Below, piece after piece: positions 17,569 to 26,866 of a stretch of 64,000 bases of DNA. The position numbers and the translations under genes are program-made. Where the stretch lies: positions 32,314 through 96,313 of the IMG/VR virus record IMGVR_UViG_3300025902_000014; one strand, given 5' to 3'. Numbering within the stretch: position 1 is the first letter of the stretch; every line of letters begins with the position of its first letter. Source of the DNA: a virus. Lineage: Duplodnaviria > Caudoviricetes. The notes below the pieces were generated by a model. The model had not been told where the DNA came from and ran no database searches. It saw only the letters and a program-made list of their open reading frames with translations.

Positions 17569-18207
17569 ATGAGTGCCCCGCACCTCATCTACGGCTTGGC
17601 AGATCCCGAAACCGGAAAGCTCCGGTATGTCGGGCAGACCCACCGTACGCTGGATGCCCGGCTCTACCACCACATCTGGGATGCCATTCACCACTCTCAC
17701 AAGAACCGCAAGGACGCTTGGATCTGCAACCTGACGGTGCGGGGCCTGCGTCCGAACATCGTACTTCTGGAGGAGACATCCTCATGGAAGACCCGTGAGA
17801 AGCACTGGATCGCCCAGTTCCCGGATCTCCTGAACTGCACCGAAGGCGGAGAGGGGATCGTCGGGTACAGGCACACCCCGGAAGCCCGGCAGAAGATCGC
17901 TGCGGCGAATCGGCTCAAGGCTGGGAAGAAGCGCACCGGGGAAGCTCTGGCCAACATCACTCGGGGCAACCTGAGTCGGCGGGGTCGGCCTCAGTCGGCG
18001 GAGACCATCGCGAAGAAGGTGGCGGCTCTTCGTGGGAAAAAGGCATCTCCTGAGCTGTGTGCGAAGCGGAAAGCCATGTGGGCTACTCCGGAACGCCGGG
18101 AGCAGGGCCGCCTGAACGCGCAGAAACGTTGGGATAGGGAAGAGGCCGAGTGGCGGGCTTCCTATCCAGAGTCATTCACCAGTCTGAGCACAACTCAGAC
18201 AAACTAG
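17569..18207 (+). mobile_element. GIY-YIG homing endonuclease with NUMOD3 repeats
   Basis: LIYGL...RYVGQT, REKHWI...LLNCTEGGEG, HTPEARQKI. Confidence 0.8.
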
Positions 18208-18221
18208 GAGGACTGTTCAAA

Positions 18222-18497
18222 ATGGCATCAATCGCCTTCGATATCCAGAACCTCGCCAAGAAGCTCGACCGGCTCGACGCCAAGGGGCCGACCTCGCGGA
18301 ATCTCCAGTCCGCGTGGGCCATGGCGCAGACCATCAACTCCCTTCTTCAGGCCACCAAGGCCGACGGCGCGGGGCACTACACCCTCTCGGAGGACTGGAC
18401 CGAGGCCACTCGGACCCCCTACGAGGCCGCCGTGGACGCCGCTCAGGTCGCTCTCACCGCCGCCCTCGCCCAGCTCAAGGTTCTCGTCAAGGCGTAA
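18222..18497 (+). CDS. hypothetical protein (head module)
   Basis: AGGAGG SD. Confidence 0.7.
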   Translation: MASIAFDIQNLAKKLDRLDAKGPTSRNLQSAWAMAQTINSLLQATKADGAGHYTLSEDWTEATRTPYEAAVDAAQVALTAALAQLKVLVKA

Positions 18498-18503
18498 CCT
18501 TCG

Positions 18504-18980
18504 ATGCTGAACCGGGTGACCCAAGTCTTCTCCCCGTTCGGGTCGGGGGGCTTTCTCAGGCAGATGGCCGAGGCTGCGCTTCGGAACGTCAAGGAGTTTG
18601 AACTCAAGGTCGGCTCCTCTGAGAAGAGCCCCTACGACTTCCCGGTGGAGAAGCTCGGGGATCTCATGCTGGTCAGCATCGACGAGGAAGGTACGGTCCT
18701 CCGGGCACGGACCGTCAAGAACTCTCCCGGGAAGGATTACCAGTGGGCGGGTCCATGCACCCCCAAGGCGAATCTGTTCCGTGTCCTGAAGTTCGTCGGG
18801 GATGACCCTCTCGACCGTCAGAAGTTTCTTGACTACGTCTACAACTTCCGGAACGTCCTGATCGACCTCAAGAAGGAAACCATCGTCGTCATCGACGAGA
18901 ACACGGCGGAAGCGTTGACGGTCACCAGCGGGGTTCAGGCTCCTCGGGTGGCCGCCATCATGACCGCACTGGGACAGTGA
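18504..18980 (+). CDS. hypothetical protein (head module)
   Basis: ORF coupled to the protease gene. Confidence 0.65.
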   Translation: MLNRVTQVFSPFGSGGFLRQMAEAALRNVKEFELKVGSSEKSPYDFPVEKLGDLMLVSIDEEGTVLRARTVKNSPGKDYQWAGPCTPKANLFRVLKFVGDDPLDRQKFLDYVYNFRNVLIDLKKETIVVIDENTAEALTVTSGVQAPRVAAIMTALGQ

Positions 18981-20923
18981 TGAGACTTCTCGAAGCATCT
19001 TACTTTGAGGGTTACGAGATCCTCGAAGGCTCGGGCGAGGGGGCCAAGCCCCTGATCGTGCGGGGTGTGTTCGGGCGGGCGAATGTCAAGAACGAGAACG
19101 GACGGATCTACCCGGACAGCGTCTGGAGGAAGGTTCTCTCTGAGAGTTCCGAGGCCATGGGACGAATCAAGTCCCGGAACTTCTTCAGCGAACTCGACCA
19201 CCCGGACGATGGCCGGACTCTTCTTCAGCGTGTGGCCGGACTGACCACGCGACTGGAGATGCGTCCCGACTGGGCCGTGTACGGTGAGGCGGAGATCCTC
19301 CCGACCCCGGCGGGGAAGATCCTCGAAGCCCTTTTCCGCTCGAAGGCCAAGATCGGCATCTCTTCGCGTGGGGAAGGGGATCTCCTGAAGACCGAGTCTG
19401 GTGACATCGTTCAGGAGAACTTTGAACTTCAGGCATTCGACTTCGTCCACAACCCCTCGACTCAGGGGGCCTATCCCAACCCCGTCTTCGAGCATCTTCT
19501 GGCCCGAAGGACAGGAGATCGAATGATGGATCTGATGGAAGAGTTCAAGGCACTGGAGAGGTCCGTCCTCGAACTCGTGAACCTGAAGCCCTCGGAGGTG
19601 TCCGCCGCCATGCGGCCCCTCGTCGAGCGTCAGGCGACCGAGACGATGGTCAAGCTCTCCAAGCTGTCCGAGTCGGCGGGGGACATGAAGCCCCTGTTCA
19701 TCGGACTTCTCTCCGAACTGAACACCGCTCGTCGTCCTTTCGTCCGTCTGGGCGAGAACGACGGCGGCAACTACCACCCGGGGCTCGTGGACAAGCTCCT
19801 CGCGGCGACCAACACGGCCAAGGCCGGTGAGGCCGGAAGCGTCGAGGCCCTCCCCGCGACGGTGGAACCCGACTCTCTCCCCCTCATCCCCGGCGCGGAC
19901 CCGAAGGCCGTGGGTGAGTCCAAGACCGAAAAGACCCGCAAGGAGGAAGCCAAGATGGCCGAGGCCGCGAAGAAGAATTCCATGAGCAAGGCCCTCCGGT
20001 CGGCGATCCGTGAAGCCGAGGACGAGCTGGATCAGATCGCCACCGACGAGAGCGAGGACGAGACCGCCCTCGCGGCACAGGAGGCGGCGCAGAAGTGCGA
20101 GTCCCGGCTCCTCAAGGCCGCCCGGAAGGTCATGGAGGGGGACGGCGCGAACCTCATGCCCGACTCCTACGAGCCCGCCGAGCCCAAGGGCGAGGAAGAG
20201 ATCGGCGAGTCCGAGGACGGTGACGAGGACGACGTCCCGACCCTCACGGCGTCCGACGACGACGAGAACCAGTTCGGCGAGGACGAGAACGGCCCGCCGC
20301 CCGAGATTCAGGCCAAGATCGACGCCAAGGAGTCCAAGCGCAGGCGGCCCTCCGCCCTCCGCCGGTTCTCCGAGAGCGACGACGACAGCATCGACATCCC
20401 GGCCCCTCCCAAGGAGGAGGCCGAGACCGAGCCCACGGACGACGACGGTCAGCCCCTCCCCCCGATGGAGGCGAAGATCGTCAAGACCTACCGCAAGCTC
20501 GTCCGCGAGAACCGCCGGATGCGCTACGAGGCGAGGGTCACCGAGGCCATCGCGGCCAAGGCCATCGCCAAGCTCACCCGCAGGGTCCGCGCCACCGAGG
20601 CGGCCCGCCCGTCCGCCCCGGCCTTCATCGTGGCCGGTGGCCAGAAGATCCCGGTCAAGGTGGCCGGGTCGGTCATCGAGTCCCTCGTCCGCCGCTACAA
20701 GGAGCTGAAGAAGACCTCCGGCGGCAAGGTCACGGAGTCCGCCGGTTCGCCCGACCCGGGCAGCATCTCCGAGGGTCCGTTCGGCGTTCCGTCGTTCGCC
20801 AAGGTGGGCAACGTCGCCCGCCTGAACGAGGCCGCCACGGCCGGACGCAAGACCGAGAAGTCGATCCTCGAAAGTCAGGCTGAGCTGGGTGCCCGCGTGG
20901 CCGCCCGGATCGGTCGGGTCTAA
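18977..20923 (+). CDS. prohead protease (T4 gp21-like) fused to an acidic scaffold/core domain
   Basis: NENGRIYP, ELDHP, ILPTPAG, GISSRGEG, FDFVHNPS; long acidic/coiled C-terminus; directly upstream of the capsid gene. Confidence 0.9.
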   Translation: MMRLLEASYFEGYEILEGSGEGAKPLIVRGVFGRANVKNENGRIYPDSVWRKVLSESSEAMGRIKSRNFFSELDHPDDGRTLLQRVAGLTTRLEMRPDWAVYGEAEILPTPAGKILEALFRSKAKIGISSRGEGDLLKTESGDIVQENFELQAFDFVHNPSTQGAYPNPVFEHLLARRTGDRMMDLMEEFKALERSVLELVNLKPSEVSAAMRPLVERQATETMVKLSKLSESAGDMKPLFIGLLSELNTARRPFVRLGENDGGNYHPGLVDKLLAATNTAKAGEAGSVEALPATVEPDSLPLIPGADPKAVGESKTEKTRKEEAKMAEAAKKNSMSKALRSAIREAEDELDQIATDESEDETALAAQEAAQKCESRLLKAARKVMEGDGANLMPDSYEPAEPKGEEEIGESEDGDEDDVPTLTASDDDENQFGEDENGPPPEIQAKIDAKESKRRRPSALRRFSESDDDSIDIPAPPKEEAETEPTDDDGQPLPPMEAKIVKTYRKLVRENRRMRYEARVTEAIAAKAIAKLTRRVRATEAARPSAPAFIVAGGQKIPVKVAGSVIESLVRRYKELKKTSGGKVTESAGSPDPGSISEGPFGVPSFAKVGNVARLNEAATAGRKTEKSILESQAELGARVAARIGRV

Positions 20924-20955
20924 CCGCAGAGCGAGAAGCGAAGGAGATCTGAAAG

Positions 20956-22380
20956 ATGGAACTCAACGAAGCAACGTTCAAGATGGGAACCTCGGAGCGG
21001 GTCAACAACGCTCTGGCCGCGTCCAAGTGGCGCAGGTTCCTCGAAGCCGCCAAGGTGCCCGAGGCCAAGCGGCCCTTCATCGCCCGGCTCTGCGAGAACC
21101 AGCTCACGTGGATGAGCCAGCTCGACGAGGAGACCCGTGTGGCCTCCATCGGGTCGTTCGAGAAGTTCGTCTTCCCGATGATCCGTGCGGTCTACCCGAA
21201 CCTCGTCGCGCAGGATCTCGTCTCGGTGCAGCCGATGGAGGCTCCGACCTCCCTCGTGTTCTACCGCGACACCCGGTTCGGCTCCAACAAGGGCGCGGTG
21301 AAGGCGGGTGATCCGCTCTTCAGTGCGCGCACCGGCTGGAACAACGCCTCCGGGTTCAACTACACCTCCGAGGTCGTCGAGAACGAAGAGATCGAGATGT
21401 CCACGGGCACGGGCGTGTCCTTCACGGGCAACCTCGCCTACCACCCCCTCCGTCCGGGCGGGCTGGTGATCTCCTACCTCAAGACCGCCGGGACCGCTGC
21501 GACCCTCACCGACGACGGCGCGGGCGGCCTCATCGGCGCGGCCGGTGAGCTGGCCGGGACGAACACGATCGACTACGGCACGGGTGCCTACGTCATCACC
21601 TTCGACACCGGGAAAGACCCGGCGGCCGGGGCCTTCACGGCCACGTACGACTACAACTCCGAGGGCTACGGGGACATCCCGCAGATCGACCTCATCCTCA
21701 CGAGCACGCCCGTCGTGGCTCGCCCGAGGAAGCTCCGCGCTCGGTGGAGCATCGAGGCGGCGGCCCAGCTCAAGGCGGTCCACGGTGACGAGGCCGAGGT
21801 CGAGCTGATGACCGACATGGCCAACGAGATGCGGATCGAGGTCGATCGCGAGATCATCTACGACCTCATCACCCTCGCCAACTCCAACAACACCTCTGGC
21901 ACGATCACCGAGACGACGTTCGCCAAGGCCGCGCCTTCGAACATCAGCCTCTACCTGCACCGCCAGAGCTTCATCTACTCGCTCATCGAAGCCTCGAACA
22001 AGATCTTTCAGGCGACCCGTCGCCACGGAGCCACGTGGCTCATCGGCGGCACGAACGTCTGCTCGATCATTCAGGGTCAGGAGGGCGAGCAGTTCGTCCC
22101 GGCCGGTGGCGACTATCAGGGTTCCGGCGTCCAGTTCATCGGCACCCTGAAGGGCCAGTGGAAGGTCTACCTCGACCCGTACATGAACGCGGACGAGGCC
22201 ATCCTCGGCTACAAGGGCGGGTCGTTCCTCGACAGCGGCTACGTCTACGCGCCGTGGGTTCCCTTCTACGCCACCCCGACCATCTACCTCGACGACTTCG
22301 TCGGCCGCAAGGGGCTCTTCACCAGCTACGCGAAGAAGCCGATCAACGGGCTCTTCTATGCAAAGTTGAGGCTCACCTAA
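20956..22380 (+). CDS. major capsid protein (T4 gp23-like)
   Basis: IRAVYPNLVAQDLVSVQPM, ARPRKLRARWSIEAAAQL, EVDREII, GYKG...YAPW. Confidence 0.95.
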   Translation: MELNEATFKMGTSERVNNALAASKWRRFLEAAKVPEAKRPFIARLCENQLTWMSQLDEETRVASIGSFEKFVFPMIRAVYPNLVAQDLVSVQPMEAPTSLVFYRDTRFGSNKGAVKAGDPLFSARTGWNNASGFNYTSEVVENEEIEMSTGTGVSFTGNLAYHPLRPGGLVISYLKTAGTAATLTDDGAGGLIGAAGELAGTNTIDYGTGAYVITFDTGKDPAAGAFTATYDYNSEGYGDIPQIDLILTSTPVVARPRKLRARWSIEAAAQLKAVHGDEAEVELMTDMANEMRIEVDREIIYDLITLANSNNTSGTITETTFAKAAPSNISLYLHRQSFIYSLIEASNKIFQATRRHGATWLIGGTNVCSIIQGQEGEQFVPAGGDYQGSGVQFIGTLKGQWKVYLDPYMNADEAILGYKGGSFLDSGYVYAPWVPFYATPTIYLDDFVGRKGLFTSYAKKPINGLFYAKLRLT

Positions 22381-22417
22381 CTAAGTCTAACCTAGTTGGG
22401 GGCCTAAAGTCAAGTGC

Positions 22418-22449
22418 GGGGCCGCCTTCGGGCGGCCCCTCTCTTTTTT
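22418..22449 (+). terminator. intrinsic terminator after the capsid gene
   Basis: GGGGCCGCC-TTCG-GGCGGCCCC followed by a T run. Confidence 0.85.
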
Positions 22450-22471
22450 ATGTCTGACCGGCCTATTAGAC

Positions 22472-22500
22472 TTGACACCAATCACAGTCTAATATACATT
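22472..22500 (+). promoter_or_regulatory. sigma70-type promoter, leaderless
   Basis: TTGACA-17-TACATT, then 6 nt to ATG at 22507. Confidence 0.7.
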
Positions 22501-22506
22501 TCCCCC

Positions 22507-23169
22507 ATGGTCAGCATCTACATCCTCATGGACCCTGCCGGTCAGATCCGGTACGTGGGCAAGGCGAAAGACCCGGAGCAAAGGCTGAAGGTCCATCTCA
22601 AGACCAGAGGGGTGGTCAGGTGGTGGGCTGAACAGCTCTCCGGACCGCCCACACTGAGGGTGGTAGACGAGGTGGGAGACCACCTGTGGCAGCACGCAGA
22701 GCGGTTCTGGATCAAGAAGCTGCGGGATGCGGGGTGTGACCTGCTCAACCGTGCTGAGGGTGGCCAAGGTGGTGCTTACCCGAAAGGAGAGGCTCAGCGC
22801 AGGGCGATCGGAGAAGCCAGTCGCAAGAACTGGACTGATCCTGCTTTCCGGGAGAAGGTGATCTCTGGTCGGGTGGGGTATCGGCATTCTGAGGAGACGA
22901 AGCAGAAGATCAGTGCGGCCATGCAGGGCAAAACGCATCGGGGAGTTCCACACACGGAGGCAACTAAACAACGGCTACGGGAACTGCATCTTGGTGTACG
23001 GCGAGGTTCACAGTCTGTAGAAGCTCGTCAAAAAATGTCTGAGGCGAAAAGGAGGTACTGGCATGAGTGGCGGGAACGACGTGCTGTCGAAGCTGGATCT
23101 GTGGAAACAGGAGCGACAGGAGGAAGCCGAGAAACTGACCCCAAGGGATCTTCTCAAGCTGGAAGCTGA
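22507..23169 (+). mobile_element. GIY-YIG homing endonuclease with NUMOD3 repeats
   Basis: SIYIL...RYVGKA, AERFWI...LLNRAEGG, HSEETKQKIS. Confidence 0.8.
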
Positions 23170-23641
23170 AGTGGCTGCGGAGGAGGCGGGGCGTCTGGCT
23201 AAGAAAGTCGAGTTGGGTGACAAGATCTCCCTTGCCCTGTCCGGGAGAACTCTGTCGCCTGCGCACAAGCTGGCGATCTCCGAGGCCAAGCTCGGTATCA
23301 AGCAGAGCCCCGAGCACATCGCTGCCCGGGTGGCCCCCCGTCTGGGGAGGCCCCTCACCGAAGAACATCGGAGGCATTGCTCGGAGGCACGGCTGGGGTG
23401 GAACCCGTCGGAGGAGACTCGGGCGAGGATGTCGGCGGCCAAGAAGGGAAAACCCGGCCGGAAGCTGACCCCGGAAGACATCGCCCGGCTCAACGCCTCG
23501 CGCCAGACTCCGGAGTGGAGGGAGAAGATCCGGGTGGCGAACACGGGGCAGAAACGTTCCCCCGAAACCCGGGAGAAGATCCGGCTCGCCAAGCTCGGGA
23601 AGAAGCTCGGGCCTCGGGTGAAGGTTGCACTATCCCAGTGA
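23063..23641 (+). CDS. NUMOD3-repeat DNA-binding protein with no nuclease domain
   Basis: Repeats of the SEETRARMSAAKKG and SPETREKIRLAKLG type. Confidence 0.6.
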   Translation: MSGGNDVLSKLDLWKQERQEEAEKLTPRDLLKLEAEVAAEEAGRLAKKVELGDKISLALSGRTLSPAHKLAISEAKLGIKQSPEHIAARVAPRLGRPLTEEHRRHCSEARLGWNPSEETRARMSAAKKGKPGRKLTPEDIARLNASRQTPEWREKIRVANTGQKRSPETREKIRLAKLGKKLGPRVKVALSQ

Positions 23642-23815
23642 AACAACCTGCCTGCCCCGAGAGGGCAGAGCGTTGAACCAGAGCGGCCCCGGAAGCACAC
23701 AGCTCCGGGGCCACTCACTTTCTGCTAGACTCCCCACATCGTATAGCCCGTCTGCCACGGGTGAAGCGAAGCCGGGGGGTCCGGAATGGGGCAGACACCG
23801 GAACCCCCGGCGAAC
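23641..23815 (+). ncRNA. candidate structured ncRNA
   Basis: ACTATC at 23629; four hairpins; complementary loops CTGCC and GGCAG; no credible ORF. Confidence 0.45.
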
Positions 23816-23829
23816 ACTACACATTTATC

Positions 23830-23895
23830 TTGACAGTTCAAGCTAATTCGTCTATCCTTTCTTTGTGGGCATGAGAGCCCCGAAGAAAGGAAACG
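23830..23895 (+). promoter_or_regulatory. sigma70-type promoter plus conserved 5' hairpin leader
   Basis: TTGACA-17-TATCCT; GTGGGC...GCCCCGAAGAAAG. Confidence 0.7.
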
Positions 23896-23897
23896 GA

Positions 23898-24038
23898 ATG
23901 GACGAGAACCTCCTCCCCGACATCGAGAACGACGAGACCCTCGACGAGGTCGTCGCCGAGTTCGACGAGATCGAGGACGCTGGCTGGAAGCTCCTCCACA
24001 ACTGGGGCCGCAACACCTTCCACAAGACCCCCCGCTGA
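23898..24038 (+). CDS. 46-aa acidic peptide (not in the ORF track)
   Basis: MDENLLPDIENDETLDEVVAEFDEIEDAGW...; AAAGGA SD. Confidence 0.6.
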   Translation: MDENLLPDIENDETLDEVVAEFDEIEDAGWKLLHNWGRNTFHKTPR

Positions 24039-24054
24039 GAAAGAGGAGACTGAC

Positions 24055-24276
24055 ATGCCCACCCCCTTCCTCTCCTTCGTCCCCGGCACCTCCCCCCGGT
24101 TCACCCACGACTGCGAGGAGTGCCTCTTCCTCGGGTACGCCCTCTACGAGGGGACCGAGGTGGATGTCTACTCCCACCCCCGTGCCGGGCGCACCGAGGT
24201 CGTCGGCCGCTTCGGGGACGAGGGTCCGAACTACGTCTCCGTCCCCTCCCTCTCCTTCTTCGCCTCGGTGGCCTGA
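24055..24276 (+). CDS. hypothetical protein
   Basis: GAGGAG SD; HDCEECLFLG. Confidence 0.65.
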   Translation: MPTPFLSFVPGTSPRFTHDCEECLFLGYALYEGTEVDVYSHPRAGRTEVVGRFGDEGPNYVSVPSLSFFASVA

Positions 24277-24287
24277 AAGGACGGACA

Positions 24288-24526
24288 TGAACGAAGCCCT
24301 GCTCAACTTCCTCTCCGGTCCCTCCGCCGCCTTCACTTGGACCTGCGGGGCCGGGGTCCGGCTCCCCCATCCCGACACCCTCGCCGAGTGGGAGGCCACC
24401 GAAGAGGTCGTCCCCGTCTTCGGCCCGGTGCCCGATCCGGAGCCGGGGTCCGAGGAGTGGCTGGCCAACCCGGACGACCGGCCTCTCCGGCCGGACGAGG
24501 TGGACGACGACGGGTTCCCCCTCTGA
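24288..24526 (+). CDS. acidic hypothetical protein
   Basis: AAAGGA SD; D/E-rich C-terminus. Confidence 0.55.
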
Positions 24527-24617
24527 GGCATCGCCGGGTTCCCCGGCGTAACATCCTCCCCGGAAACTGGCCCCGGTCACCCGACCGGGGCCTTGCACTA
24601 TCGTGTGGAGAACACGT

Positions 24618-24944
24618 ATGCGAATCGCCGAACAGATCGTCTCAGCCCTTCTTCAGGAAAACGACCCTGAGAAGCCGGTGATGAAGCCCAACGCGAAGGA
24701 AATCGCTCGGGGGTCGCACGGGTACACGGCTGTGGTTCGCCCGGCTGCCGGGGGTGGTTGGAACGCCGCTGTGGTGGACATCCGCACGGGGATTCCGATC
24801 TTCAAGGTGCGGCACTGTGCGAGCCAAGCTCAGGTTCAGTCGGAACTAGCTTCCGATCTCCGGATGATGGACAAGACGGGCTTTCCGGGGATGGCTGGCC
24901 CTTCCCGAGACCGTAACTACTTCACGAAGTACGGGAGATCCTGA
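24618..24944 (+). CDS. leader-family protein
   Basis: MRIAEQIVSALLQE; ACTATC 15 nt upstream. Confidence 0.7.
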   Translation: MRIAEQIVSALLQENDPEKPVMKPNAKEIARGSHGYTAVVRPAAGGGWNAAVVDIRTGIPIFKVRHCASQAQVQSELASDLRMMDKTGFPGMAGPSRDRNYFTKYGRS

Positions 24945-24945
24945 C

Positions 24946-25314
24946 TTGCGCGTCCGGACCCGGCTCACCGAAGCTCTCTTGGGGGAGATGGCCATGGACG
25001 GGTCGGAGTACCCGGCCGTGGTCAAGGTCTTCGTGCAGGGTATCCACACCGGGGACGTGAACAACCCCAGCAAACTCGTCGCGCAGGTGCCTCCCGGGAG
25101 TCTCGGGAAGAGGATCAAGTACGACGCTCTCTCGAACGAACTCACCCGGCAGATCCTGAAGGACACGGGGCTTGTCCGGAAGTTCGAGATTCCCGAGTCC
25201 TTCCGGGATGCGGTGGAAAGGGTGCAAGAGATCTTCCGGGATGCGGTCATCAAGTTCATGACCTACATGGAGAGGACCGGTGGTAGCGAAGCCAGCTACG
25301 GCCGGTACATGTAG
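24946..25314 (+). CDS. leader-family protein
   Basis: MRVRTRLTEALLGE. Confidence 0.7.
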   Translation: MRVRTRLTEALLGEMAMDGSEYPAVVKVFVQGIHTGDVNNPSKLVAQVPPGSLGKRIKYDALSNELTRQILKDTGLVRKFEIPESFRDAVERVQEIFRDAVIKFMTYMERTGGSEASYGRYM

Positions 25315-25335
25315 AGGCAGGCAGGAGGAGGCAAC

Positions 25336-25842
25336 GTGCAGGAACCAGTTCTGGCGAATCTCTCGGGGTACTCGGTCCTGATCCGGACCCCCGAGGGGAA
25401 CCACATCCATCTGCGGGCCGGGGCGGGAGTGGCAGGCCCCGGGTTCGAGCAGTACATCGACAACAAGACCCTCAACCGGGTGGCCCCGACCTTCGCCGGG
25501 CCGATCGTCTACGAGACTCCTGTCAAGGCCCCGGTCCCGGAAATCCTTGTTCCGGTCCCGGCGAAGGTCGAGGTCGAGGAAGAGGTTTCCGCCCTTTACG
25601 AGGAGCTGATCGGGCAGCCCGGGACACCGGCCTCTGAGCCCGAGCCGAAGCCCCCGTCCTACGATCTGAAGTACGGCGGGAACAACATCACGGTCCCGTC
25701 CAACGCCAGCCTCCAGACGATGTCGAAGTCGGAGCTGATCTTTCTCGCCACGAAGCTGGGGATGCGGACGGACGGTTCCCGTGCCCAGCTCGCGTCCCGC
25801 ATCCAGCCGCTGGCCGGGAAGTCCGTGGCTGCGAAGAAGTAG
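25336..25842 (+). CDS. protein with a C-terminal SAP/Rho-N-like domain
   Basis: MSKSELIFLATKLGMRTDGSRAQLASRI. Confidence 0.6.
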   Translation: MQEPVLANLSGYSVLIRTPEGNHIHLRAGAGVAGPGFEQYIDNKTLNRVAPTFAGPIVYETPVKAPVPEILVPVPAKVEVEEEVSALYEELIGQPGTPASEPEPKPPSYDLKYGGNNITVPSNASLQTMSKSELIFLATKLGMRTDGSRAQLASRIQPLAGKSVAAKK

Positions 25843-25851
25843 GGAGTCTTC

Positions 25852-26604
25852 ATGTCCGAGGTCACCACCTATCCTGAGCGTCATACTGAGAAGTTCGACG
25901 AGGAGGAATACTACGACTGGGTGCTCCGCCAGCTCGGACATCCGGACGTCGAGGTGGAGCTGTCCAAGGACAACGTCAAGGACGCCATGAAGGAGGCGCT
26001 GGCCTTCTACTCCAAGTACAAGCCCCAGCGGGTCACGGAAGCCTTCATCGTGGCTCAGGGGGTCACCCCGTACAAGCTGAAGTACCCCGGGGTGCGGGGG
26101 GTCTACCACATCGAGATGATGGGGGTCACGGACGGGCTCTCCAGCCCGAACATCGAGTCCCAACTCATGTCCGGGTCGTACACCTACTACGGGGTCGCGG
26201 CCCCCAAGATGGACCTCCGGTACTACGAGTACCTCCGCCAGTGGGTGAAGGTGGCCTCACGGGAACTGTCGTCCGAGCAGGACTACCACCTCTCCGACGA
26301 CGGGACGACGATCTGGATCTACTCCCCGGGGCGGGAAACGAAAGTCACGGCGACCCTGACCCTCGACCACGTGAGTCCCGCGACGATCCCGAGCCACGAC
26401 CAGATCTGGCTCCGGAAGTATGTGCTTGCCCAGTGCAAGCTGGTCCTCGGGGAGAAGAGATCCAAGTTCAACTCGATCCTCGGGGCGAACAAGGAAATCA
26501 CTCTGAACGGGAAGGAACTCAAGGAAGAGGGTAAGGCCGAGATCGAGAAGCTGGAAGAGAAGATCGAGAAGGCGCGGACTCACTTGAGTCCGTCTTGGGG
26601 TTGA
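25852..26604 (+). CDS. neck / head-tail adaptor (T4 gp13-like)
   Basis: LRQLGHPDVEVEL, WLRKYVLAQCKLVLGEKRSKF...ITLNG. Confidence 0.8.
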   Translation: MSEVTTYPERHTEKFDEEEYYDWVLRQLGHPDVEVELSKDNVKDAMKEALAFYSKYKPQRVTEAFIVAQGVTPYKLKYPGVRGVYHIEMMGVTDGLSSPNIESQLMSGSYTYYGVAAPKMDLRYYEYLRQWVKVASRELSSEQDYHLSDDGTTIWIYSPGRETKVTATLTLDHVSPATIPSHDQIWLRKYVLAQCKLVLGEKRSKFNSILGANKEITLNGKELKEEGKAEIEKLEEKIEKARTHLSPSWG

Positions 26605-26609
26605 AGAAA

Positions 26610-26858
26610 ATGAAGATCCGAAGCATGTTGGTAGGTTCCCTGCTGGAAGACATCCACGCCCTGCGCCCCTGCTCACAGGCGGAGTGGGACGTGTTTCTCG
26701 CGCACCTCCCCTCCGGAGCGGCACGAAGGGACGTTCCCTCTGGCCTCTCGTTCGTGAGGCAGATCCTTCTTCACGGGAAGGTCATCGGGCAGAAGACGAC
26801 GCAGTTCAAGGGTGGTCGTCCGGTGGCCACATCGTACATGAAAGACCCCTCGTACTGA
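26610..26858 (+). CDS. leader-family protein
   Basis: MKIRSMLVGSLLE. Confidence 0.6.
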   Translation: MKIRSMLVGSLLEDIHALRPCSQAEWDVFLAHLPSGAARRDVPSGLSFVRQILLHGKVIGQKTTQFKGGRPVATSYMKDPSY

Positions 26859-26866
26859 GGATTGAG

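Noticed and set aside
22122-22127. ACTATC inside the capsid gene (and at 59394)
   Set aside because: Both lie within coding sequence with no start codon at the typical spacing; treated as chance occurrences.
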